From the NCBI RefSeq assembly GCF_009914755.1, contig NC_060929.1: 64,000 bases of DNA, one strand, 5' to 3'. This stretch comes from the human T2T-CHM13v2.0 reference genome, Homo sapiens. Each line of letters begins with the position of its first letter. Within the stretch, counting starts at the first letter, position 1. The notes under the pieces were generated by a model that did not search any database, was not told where the DNA came from, and saw nothing but the letters and a program-made list of their open reading frames with translations. Shown one piece after another: positions 16,767 to 28,364 of this stretch. Made by a program: the position numbers and the translations under genes.

Positions 16767-17624
16767 TATTAACCTTCTGGGTGCCTACAACTCTAGGATT
16801 GGAATAAGAGAAATTGCTTTCTGAGATTTTTTCCCCCTACTTCTTCTTTATTACCCTACCTATTTCATCCAGCCCTAAAGATTCTGTTTCTTCGAAAGTC
16901 TGTTGCCCAAGCTCTTCTGTTCTGTTTCAATAAGAATACGCAAAACTGATCTCTTTGTAAAGACAACAAAAAAGTTTTGTTCACAATGCTTCCTACTAAA
17001 GAGAGTTAGTAATCAGAGTCTGGAAGGCTCTTGCTATCGCTTATCCTGCCTGGCAACAGGTGGTAGATGAACCATTAAACAGCACTTCCCCTTCCATCAC
17101 AGTATTAAAAGACACAGCCTTGAGCTGGGCTAGGGGTGGGCCAGCTGCGACCCACCCTGCTCCCTGCATGCAGGCCACCTTTCTGACACCAGGATGAATG
17201 GTTACATATGGATTCTAGCTGTTTTGCTTCTTCTTGACTCAGGTTTGGCTGTAATTCCACGCTTTTAGTACGTCCTTCTACACACACCACATGAGTGCTG
17301 CTCAGGACCTAGTCATCAATTGACCCGCACACGGTGTCTTCCCTTCATTAGTAAAAACATTCAGCATCGTGCACACTTAATCTTACATTAAATTTAAGTG
17401 AATAAAAGTTTGTACCTTAATTTATCCACTGCCGTGAACTGTTTTTTTACTTTTCACCCTGACAATCTCATGGCCAGGTTTATGACAGCAGCTCCTGATT
17501 GTACAATGGTAACTCTAAATAACCAAGGAAAGAAAGGTAGTTGTTGCTGAAATAAAGTTAGGGCACACTTATTCAAGCATAGTAACCTCTCAGTGAATAA
17601 TAAAAATAAACATAACTATTAATA

Positions 17625-17850
17625 CTTATACATTAAGTTCAGTTCAGCCTCTGAAATCATATAGACCTCAATCCAAATTTCAGCTTCTAAACTTTTAGCT
17701 GTGTGATATTAAGAATTTGTAATTTTCTCATCTATGGATAATGGTAGTATTTAACATATAGTTGCGACTGTAAATCAGATAATAACTTTAATGTGCTTAA
17801 CAACTGTCAGGTACACCATAGAAGTGTAGTGAGTATTGGTTATCTTTGTA
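17625..17850 (+). mobile_element. MIR SINE
   Basis: tagctgtgtga...ttttctcatcta core. Confidence 0.5.
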
Positions 17851-17909
17851 ATTATCATTATAATTTTTATCACAGAGACACCTGGGGAAGTTTCTAGGCT
17901 AAGATAAAT

Positions 17910-18380
17910 TCTTCATTCACTCATTCATTCACTTAATATTTACTAAACAGCTACCACATGCTGAATGCTTACCACAGGTGCTAAGCTGTGAAGATACCAA
18001 AGTAAACTATATAGACACTGTCCCTGCCCTCCTGAGTCTTATTCTAGTAGGGGATACAGACAAATACTTAAATGACCAAGAAAGGTGCTTTGATAGAGAA
18101 TGCACAGGGTGCCATGATGGAACATTGACCCTAGATTTTGAAAGTGGTAGTGAGAGTCAAAATAGCTCTCTGGTGCCAGTGATACCTAAACTGAAACACA
18201 GGAAGTTGTGGACTCAATCAAAGGGCAGGGGAAGAAAGTGCCAGTGTTCCAGGCTCAAGAGTGGTAAATACCTAGAGATAAACAAACGTACATGTTCTGG
18301 GAGCAAAAAGCAGTTCAATAAAGCTGAAAAGAAAAGCACAGAGCAGGGCTGGCAAGGTTTGATTCTAGAAATGTAAGGAG
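17910..18380 (-). mobile_element. L2 3' fragment
   Basis: (cattcatt)n antisense L2 tail; tgtccctgccctcctgagtcttattctagtagggg; accounts for ORF 17978-18376. Confidence 0.75.
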
Positions 18381-20329
18381 TTGCTTATCCATATTAAACA
18401 AGGCAAGACTGGGTCCTTAGGCTGAGGAGGGACCTCTGTCTGCCCTTTGCTTCCAAGGCTGCCATTTTATTTGTGACTTCGTTTTCTCTTCAGGACCATC
18501 ACAGAGACTCATTTGATATCAGGTTTTCTCTTTTAGGGGATTTCCTTGTGCCCCACGTTCTGCCCTCCTACTTCTTTGCAAGTGGCAAGTTTGTGGCATC
18601 ATTTGGGTTCTAAAACACTTGACTGCCTTTGTCTTCAGATCTTTTCTTTACCTAAAAAACACTGCTCAATCTCATCTGTCTCAGGCTGATACCAAGTAAC
18701 TATTTCTTTTGAACAATTTGGGTCTGGTGGTTCTGTGTCCTGACCTGAGTGTGAGACGATCTTGTCCTGGCAGGGAATTTCTGGAAAGCAGCCACTTGAA
18801 ACCAGTCTGATCAGACATAGACAGGAAAATCTCACAGGCGGTTTGTTGTCATGGTGGAGTGAGCTCCCAGAATTTATGGTTTAAGGGTACTTTCCACTCT
18901 TCCAGGAGTACACAGAGTGGAATTGTTTCAGAATGCAGAAATTCAAACCTCTTAATTTTGAATAAGACTCTGATTTGGAGGTAGAATGGGTAGGGAATAT
19001 GTATAATAGCTTTTGTGAAACTTATGTTCACTGTGTCAAAAATTTTCTGTATGTTAGTCAACTTCCTTTAATGTTCTGGCTATTAAAGTTACCTAAATTT
19101 TTTTTTGCTCAAGATAAAACAATACTGATATACGATATTTATCTTCTTTTTTTTGCTTTCATTATTAGAATAATATTCCTCATTAAGCTCTGTATTAGAC
19201 TAATGCCAAAACCTTTTCAGGGCTGAGAGTGACTCATACAGTTAGATAATCTACTGGAATGTGCATTGTGTATATGGTGAGTAGTAGTGAAGTTTTATAA
19301 GGATGGAAATGGAATGTAAGAGATGAGGAATTTCATCCCCTTTCTTTTTTTTTAAACACACGACAACCTTCTTCATCTCTTTTTGTGTCATCTTTCTTTG
19401 ACCTTTTAGAATATTTGCTATTTAAATTTCCTTGGCTTATAAAATGTTTTTCTTCCAGGCACAATCATTTTCTAGTTCTTTAGATATGCATCAAAATCAT
19501 GCTCTCCAAAGAGTTTTTCTTATTTCTCTTACTTTTGGTTAATAATTCCAAATGTATAGGTATACTTAATGATTTCTTAGTACTTAATATTCTCTTGCTT
19601 TGCTCCCGTGTGTGTGTGTGTCTGAGTGTGTTGAGTGCAAGGAGTACGTTCTACATTCTATTTCTTTGTTTTTTCATACATCTTTAGCACAGGAAACATT
19701 TTATAAAATCTTATTGAATTCATTTATAAACTTGAATGTTATTCCTAAATACGTGAGTTATTTGCTTGGTGAAGTAGAGAATACTAATGTATTTCTCCTT
19801 GTTTCTGTTTCTGCACCCATAAAATAATAATATTGGCCAATTACATTCCAGTTAAAAATTAATGATTATGCTAATAACATAATAGTTTCCTCTGTGTGTG
19901 TGTGTTTGTGTGGAGAAATGGGGGTTGGAGAGGAAAATTACAGACTCTTCCATTGTTATCAATTACTTTGAAATACAGGTGAAGCTCTTTGGGAGAAAAA
20001 TTAAATTTCATAGTCCACATTGGTCCTATTAGTATACTCTAGTAATAATTCATTAACGATTTTTCCTTAAGACTCTTAGGGCTAATCAATGGACCTTCTA
20101 AGAACCTTAACAGACTCATGGGAATAACTTGTTCACTTTCACACATTCTGACATTATTTGCCCTGTTCTCTAGTATGTGCAGGAGAGTCCAAATCAGTGT
20201 GTAATCCTAGTTAGAGACAAATATTTCTTCCTTGATGTAGGCAATTGATGACTTCCTCTCCCGCACAGATTTTGATTTTGTATGATTGTGCTGTGAAGTT
20301 CGGGCTCACTAATTTACCTCTTTGGCACT

Positions 20330-20545
20330 GAGTACTGGGTGAAAGGGCAGCCTCAGGAGTCACACATTCCTTTGTTTAAATCCTGACTCACTCTTTCAGT
20401 GTGTTCCAGAGCAAGTTAGTATCTTCCCTAAACCTCCACTTTCCCTCCTATGAATTAAACATAATAATAGCACTGACATAATAGGTTAGTTGTGAGGGTT
20501 ATAAAGATCCAAGCACAGAGTATGGAAAATAGAAAATACTCAATT
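20330..20545 (+). mobile_element. MIR SINE
   Basis: tttaaatcctgactc...gcaagtta...gttgtgagggtt. Confidence 0.6.
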
Positions 20546-20629
20546 TAAAAAAAAAATGTATGACTAATACTTCCACTACTGCTACTATTATTCTTACTAT
20601 TCCTACACTTGTTATTTTATAGAGAAACA

Positions 20630-21830
20630 TAATCTTTCTCAGTAGAAGAGCTCTTAGAGGTCATCTAAGTAAACTCTTCTGTTTTCCACTCCAGCAAATA
20701 TTTACATTTCTTCTACATTATCCCTGGCACATGATTTTCCAATATAGTTTTCATTACTCGTTAAGTTTACTTGAAACCTGCTCCAACTGGGAACTCTAAT
20801 TCCCATGAAAGTTTATTTTATCTTTGGGCAGTTCTGATTTCTGATTGTTAGGAAGTATGTGTGTGTGCACATGTATGTATGTGTGTGTGCATTATGCTTA
20901 TGTCTTTTGTGGCCTTCACCCTTTGAGTTCAGTTCAGCTGAATGGGGGTGTCACAGAACAGTTACAATCCCTCTTTGTTATGACAATCTTTTATGTATGG
21001 GAAGGGAACAATCATTCTACTTCTAGATCCATGAAATTATTTTCTGCTGTCTTCAAAACTGATTTTATCCCCATTCTGATCACCGCCCCTAGTCATGACC
21101 CAGTATTTGAATACTTCTTAAAGAATGTGGTGCTTAAGACTTGATAAGTAACCCAGGTTGTTTATTGCAAACCAAGGTTTATTTAGCTATTTGAGAAGTC
21201 CTTTACATTATTGATTCATATTAGGCTCACAGTACACTATAATCTCCATGTTTTTTCACTTTCAAATTTGCAAAGTTTTTGTTGCTGTTGTTATCCTTTC
21301 TAACTTAATCTTAATAGCTGGGCCAAAAAGCAAAGTTAATGTACATTCTCATCCAACCCATTTTTAAGATGTTGAGTAGACAAGATTGAGGGTAGAGTCC
21401 TGAAAAACATCTCCGTTTATACTAAAAGTAACTGTAAATAAGCACTCTTTGGGAATGGTCTCACTTTCAACTTATCGTTTTACCACCTAGATCACACATA
21501 TGGCTTGTAATCACTAAAATATCATCAGAAATGTTGTCAAGTGTATTGCAAGAATTCTGATACACTAAATCTATAGAAGTCTCCTTCTCTATCTGGATAG
21601 TAACTGTACACAATGAAATGTGCTCCTGATCCATTTGTTTCCTCTTTGCTGACCTCCAGTAGTCATAGCTCCCTCTCAATGCCCAAAAAAATGGTTTTAA
21701 AATCCAGTCCAGAATTTTCTCTCAATATTGATAATGAAGTCACATATTTGTGGTTGAAGAAATAGATCATTATTTTTAAAATTGGATCATTATTTTTAAA
21801 ATCTCAGAAAACAAATATACCCTATGTTCT
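20630..21830 (-). mobile_element. L3/CR1 LINE relic
   Basis: CR1-type end ttagaggtcatcta followed by degenerate CR1-like sequence. Confidence 0.4.
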
Positions 21831-22364
21831 CTCCATAACCACTAAAATAGTTCAATAGTACTCTCAGTAACATTGGTATGCAAAAATCACCTATATTTCG
21901 TTTGTTTTACTGCCTTCAAATCAATACAATTTTACCCTTTCTCATTGAAAGGTCACTTTCTTATAATAGAAAAATAGAGAGAGGAAAACATACATACAAC
22001 TGGCTAAATTAATTACGACTTCATTTGGCGCTGGTTTTGGCTGTGAGGTTAGCATAATTGTATTTTGCATTCTTCCTTTTCCATTTTTGTTATGGTTCCT
22101 CTGTAAATATAATTTATGTTTCTCCAGAATCATGAGCATCTAACTCACTGTAGAAGTAAAGAAAATACTGTCTTTGAAACTCTTTTATACTTCTTAAAAT
22201 GAGAGAGAGCACTAAGGGAGTCGATGCCTATTAGCCTTTCCAAATAAAATATAAAATTTAGACAGTAATTTATACGCTAGTTTGTTTCAGAAAAATGTTA
22301 GGAATAAGAAAGAAGAAATAAAAGACTTCTTTAACTGCCTTTAACATTACCTCTTTTCTTCTAG

Positions 22365-23000
22365 ATTCACTCACAAAATTAACAGAAGTTTATAGAGCAT
22401 CTACTATACAGCACATAGTGTTAGAAAAATTAAGACAACTAAAATATAATCTCGACTGCAGCACATTCGTAATTTAATAGAGAAAATGCCAGTAAAGAGA
22501 AGTAGACTGTACTATATCGTTTAAGGGTAGCATGAATGTAAGCATAAGAAATTATTGGAGAATATAAGAGGATTCCCGAATCAAACTACAAATTGGGAAT
22601 GGCTAGAAAGCCTTCCTAGAACATACAACATCCGAATTAATACTCAAAAGACAAGTAGAAAATAGCCAGGCAGTTGCAAAGTTCCTGGGGACATAGAAGC
22701 AGAGCATAACAGAATTAGCAAAGAGGTTGAGGAAGGGAATTCTAGGAAGAGGAAACTACATGGTTAAAGGCATGGCGGCAAAAGGCTATCAGAGCGTTCA
22801 GGAAACTAAGCACTTTGATATGGCCAGGGAGGAGGGTGGCTTTTTGATGTGTGGCAAGTTGGGGTGAACAGGGGTTATGGTGAGAGATGGATCTAGATGG
22901 TGATCTGTGGCCTGATAATGAAGAAACTTCTACCATGTTTCATCTTTATAAGCTTTTAAGAAGGAGAATGACATGTTCAGATGGGTGTTTTAGGAACAAC
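22365..23000 (-). mobile_element. L2 fragment
   Basis: Purine-rich antisense L2 with ttttaagaaggagaatgacatgttcagat. Confidence 0.55.
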
Positions 23001-24369
23001 AAATTTGCACTACATTACTCAGGATGTATGGAATGTGTCTGAGAAAGTAGAAGACACTGACCTGTTTCACCCACACAGGTTCAATTTCTACGACTCAGTA
23101 TGGATATTATACAAACTTATTCATAGTGATTGCCAAAACTCAAGGTCAAGGGACTTTCTAAGCAGCAGATGTAAAACCTACAAGCTCAGCAGAATATTAT
23201 ATCATGTATGTGTACTCTATAGACAGAGTTTTTAAAGATTTATCTTTTGTTCTATTCTATGTTGACACAGTCAACTGACCTATTGTAAAGAATCATATAA
23301 ATTTCCAAACTGTCTGAGTGATCTCTACATGCCATGAATTTTTGCCAATTTCTTTCCCCTCTAGAAATACTTTGGAAAACTTATATGTAAGCTGATGTAT
23401 AAAACAGTTTACAGAGTTATTTAGCCCCTTCTGCAAATATAATAGAAAATAGATTTGCTTTCAGAAACAAAAAATGATATATTTTCCAGACAAGCAATTT
23501 TTTGTTGTTGTTGTTAAACCAAAGCAAATAGGTAGTTATAATTCACTTGGCTGGGGTCATTCATCTGGTGTACTCACCTATCTGGAACACAGCTAAGAAC
23601 CTACAGATAAGGAAAAAAATGTCTCCTGACACGACAAATAAATCTCGTCACTCTCCACACCAAAGTCTGTGTAGCTTCCCAAAACTTGTCTTCATACAAA
23701 CATTCACCAAGTCCTACGGACTCATATTTTACTGAAAATCCAAAGAAGTTTGGTGGTTATGATTTTCTAGACTGTAGCTGATGAATGACAGTTATGATTG
23801 TGAATGAACACATTTGTATTTAGAGGCCCGTTGTATATATGCTTTGCAGTTTTACTGAGTTGAATTTTGGAGGCAGATAGACTAACCAGTATTAATGATT
23901 GGTGGGATGCAAGGATGAAAGACAGGAAAAAATCCTGAAATCGGACAAAAAACTTTCAAATGGTAGTAATCTGTAGCATTTATAGCATTACTATATTTTC
24001 CCCTAAAACAGTCACTCCAATTCATTATTTTGACTCTGTTACTATGAAAATGTGGAAGACTATACTCTTACAAGGATTTTTCATACCAAATGGCCAAAAG
24101 ATATTATAACTATTAAGATAACCTACAGTTATCTTCTAAAGCACTCACATTGAATACCTACTTCCAGATACTGAATTAATAAATGGTCTCAAAAATAAAT
24201 AAATGAAATTCTGCAGTTTGTGCTTAAATGATCATTTACATTGTATATGTTCTATATTATTTCTAATTAATAAATTCACTAAACAGTAATTTATTGTTTC
24301 ATTTTCCAAAACACTTTTCATAATAAAAATCAATAGTTCTAATAAATGGCAGGGAACCCAGAGCTACAC

Positions 24370-24610
24370 AACATAAGAACATTATTTTCTGAGCACTCAC
24401 TATGTGCTTTTGGTTTTGTACTAAACATATGTGGTTTTATTTATTATTTATCATAACCATATAAGGCAGATATCATTTATTATTCTTAATTTACATATTT
24501 GGAAATTGAGGCTTGAGATTTTGGCTTAAAGTCACAGAGCTAGTTAGGTAATGGAGCCGATTTTCAAACCCGTGTTTGTGTTACTGAGCACTGTGTGTCT
24601 TTCACTGCAC
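24370..24610 (-). mobile_element. MIR SINE
   Basis: gagcactcactatgtgc...gaaattgaggc...agtcacagagctagttagg. Confidence 0.7.
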
Positions 24611-25199
24611 AGTCCTGTGTCTTCAAGCTTCCTGAGTCTCAGTGATTGGCACGCCTGCAGATGACACATTAAAGCTCTTTAGGGAATATGTATCAGGTTG
24701 CAATTGGCCGCTGCTCCCCAGCATCCAGTTATCTAGTCAAGTGCCAAGTTGCTCTATCTTTTATCTTTTTAACACTTTCCATTGTCAGAGTGTCTGTAAT
24801 TTGCTGCCTGGCACTGGTTGGAAAAAGAAACATTTGTTGCTTTTGTTTCCACCAACCCTATTGTGAATCATTTTTCCTTGTGGTCACAGCTACCGTCAGT
24901 TTCTCATCTCTATCACTTACCCTACCAATTGAGCACTTTCTCCCTCTTGAAACTTCTTTCTACTGTTTGGACATTGAACCTGAGTAATGGATATTGTCAC
25001 CTAATGCAAATTTCCACGTTATTTCTTAACAATAAAAGTCAGAATTTAGTCTCTATTTTTTTCCATCAGTTTTGAACTGTATTTGTAATTCCTGGGGATA
25101 TTAGGACCACTTCACCCTTGAAGTCTCTCCTTCGGCTGTTGTCATAGCAGGCTAGTTCTGGAAACCTGAGGGTTTCTGAAGGCTACATGGCAAGTGCTT

Positions 25200-25219
25200 T
25201 GTGAGTGTGTGTGTGGGCA

Positions 25220-25253
<34 letters not shown>
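25200..25253. repeat. (TG)n microsatellite
   Basis: Read directly. Confidence 0.95.
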
Positions 25254-25255
<2 letters not shown>

Positions 25256-26170
25256 TGAATGAAAGGCATAGCATTAGAGGAATGAGGAAATTCAGGGATT
25301 TACAACCAAAGCTACTCAACTTTTAATTAATTAAACTGATTAAGGAAACTACCACTTAAATTTATATTACTCATTTAAACACAGCTTAATTGCCAATAGT
25401 TTATAAAGGACACTATGATTATAAAACAATATTTAGGTAAACCTGATTTAGTTCATCACCTAAATCTCAAGCTACTCATGGCTAGGTTGAGTGGAGGTTA
25501 AAGAGCATTTGAAAGTGTGACACAGAACATAGACAGAAACATCTCTTTTTTGACTAATAAGGGGAAAGTCCTTGAGGTTGTAGGTTCCAGCCCAGATGGT
25601 GTTCTACTCCTCAGATCCAAGGCACTCTATAAATCTTTCCTAATAACTAGATCCAGGCACACATTGCCCTGCCTCTCTTGCATAATTCTGGGGACAGAAA
25701 TAGGCAGGGCTATTGAGAAAACATAGTTCAAATCCAAACATTATTTGCAAAGTTAGAGACAAGAATCCCTTTCATTGGATGTCTTATTCTGACACAAGTT
25801 AAGGATCAGAGTGATGAGAATCTCATTATTATCTTCTTAGTTAAAGAAAAAATTGAGGAAGAGCCATTGTTGAAGGCAGAAGAGCCCAGGGGAAGGGCAG
25901 CAGCAGCAGAGTCTTCTCCTCATTCATATTTAGCTCAGGCTTTCACCAACACTTCAAATATTAAAAATTAACACCAAAAACCACACTGCGGTCACATTGT
26001 CACATCATTTTAGTTTATATATTTATTGTCCTTAGAGGACATTTTCTCATGCATCTTCCTAACCAAAGCATATCTTTACTTTAACATTTGTGTGATGGCT
26101 TGACTCAAGTCCACGTTTCCTGAGGAGCTTTGATAAGCATTCTAGAACATGGTGATTTCTATTTTTCTTA

Positions 26171-26668
<498 letters not shown>

Positions 26669-27930
26669 CTAAATCCCTGATGTTCATGAAATATAGAAAT
26701 TAAACCATGCCTATCAGTTACAATTTTAACTTCTAAAACATTTTCTGTAGCAAGGTCTAGCCCTTGGGAAAACTCTTTTGCTTTACACTTTTTAAGAAAT
26801 TTAAAACCATCTGCACTGTGAGTGAATGTTTTGGTTCCCCGACCCCAAGTTAATTTATGTATGCATAATTTGTCTCTACCTACTACTAAAATAGAATAGC
26901 ATTTTCCAACATGAGTTTCATTGAAATATTGTCCAATTGGAGTTTCTTTGAATAAAGTTGATGAGCCAAATGACTTTGGAAAATTCTTCATAGCCTAAGT
27001 TTTTGTTGATCAGCATTAAAAAATATTTGACATTCTCTAATGTGATATTATGTGTAACTTAAAACTATAGCAAATCTCCTCTCCTTATAAGAGACTGATT
27101 TTCATTGAAAAAGATTAATTTACAAATACATAAGAAATTCATCATATTGTATATTTTTTGGTCAATCTTCAAGTCTGTAAGCCACATCACAAAGAACAAT
27201 GTATTTTTGAGGGAGGAACTTAGTGTCATCACAACTTTAAATATAACCCATAGAGATAGCCTGTTATCACTAGTGTAACCAGCTCCCTTCCTTCTATCTC
27301 TGCATTTCTTTAATCACTTTGGGAAAGCAAATCCCAATGGTGGCATGCCATTTAGACAAAAGATGATAACAAAACTACTCAAGTAGAAAATGCTCAAAGT
27401 TTAACCTGCTTTTCCTCTAGTCATTTCCCATTCCATTGCCAAAATGGGGCCAAAATAACTGATTGATTCAAGGGGAAGAAATTCATTATTTTAGTTAAAT
27501 GGTTTAAAAATCGAAGTTATTGTGTGTGCACAGCAGAAGTAGCTTAAAAGAGACATTTAGTAAGTCTCAGAGCCCTCTTCTTCCCCCATATAAAATATAT
27601 TCTAATGAAAGGACATTACAGCTTCCATAATATATTAAAGATAATTTAGCATAATTTGCCTTTTGTCTTTGATTTCAACTGAATTACGTGAGTGCTATTC
27701 TGGCAGTAGGTATGGACAGGCGTATCACATCCTGAGTGTGGCTACAGAAAGAAATTTCCAGAACACACAGTGGGAAATATGATAAAAAGGAAAAAAAGTA
27801 TTTTTTAAGAGCATATTTAATTCAAAATTTGATGTCTGGTTCTTGATACAAATTTTAGCTTGACATACTTTTACTGCTTATACCCCTTATACTCTCTACT
27901 TATAGTACATTCTGGAACATTATTATGTTT

Positions 27931-27943
27931 CCAGCAGATGGCA
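27931..27943 (+). promoter_or_regulatory. Candidate CTCF motif
   Basis: CCAGCAGATGGCA matches CCASYAGRKGGCR; binding not demonstrated. Confidence 0.35.
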
Positions 27944-28077
27944 TTTTTTTTACTTCAAGTACAGGAAAATAGGCAAAGGGGCAACAGGTCTCTATGAACA
28001 TAGGGAGAAGCTTTAGAGAATAGGACAATGCTTAAATGATGGGATGGAGAGAGTATGCTAGAAAAATACTTTTTAGA

Positions 28078-28364
28078 GGCTGGGCATGGTGGCTCACGCC
28101 TGTAATCCCAGCACTTTGGGAGGCCGAGGCAGGTGGAACTCCTGAGGTCAGGAGTTTGAGACCAGCCTGGCCAACATGGCAAAACCCCATGGTAAAAATA
28201 CCAAAATTAGCTGCACGTGATGGCAGGAGCCTGTAATCCAAGCTACTCAGGAGGCTGAGGCAGGAGAATTGCTTGAACCCGTGAGGCAGAGGTTGCAGTG
28301 AGCCGAGACTACACCACTGTATTCCAGCCTGGGTGACAGAGTGAGACTCCATCCCCCAAAAAAT
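28078..28364 (+). mobile_element. AluSx-like, full length
   Basis: Alu dimer; TSD gaaaaatactttttag (28061-28076) / gaaaaatacattttag (28365-28380). Confidence 0.97.

Noticed and set aside
17978-18376. 132-aa ORF
   Set aside because: Lies within an L2 relic, starts at GTG and has no recognisable homology.
19270-19285. ATG|GTGAGT donor-like site, with acceptor-like tracts at ~18493 and ~18536
   Set aside because: No Kozak or promoter context and no sensible exon pairing; isolated splice consensus matches are expected many times in 64 kb.
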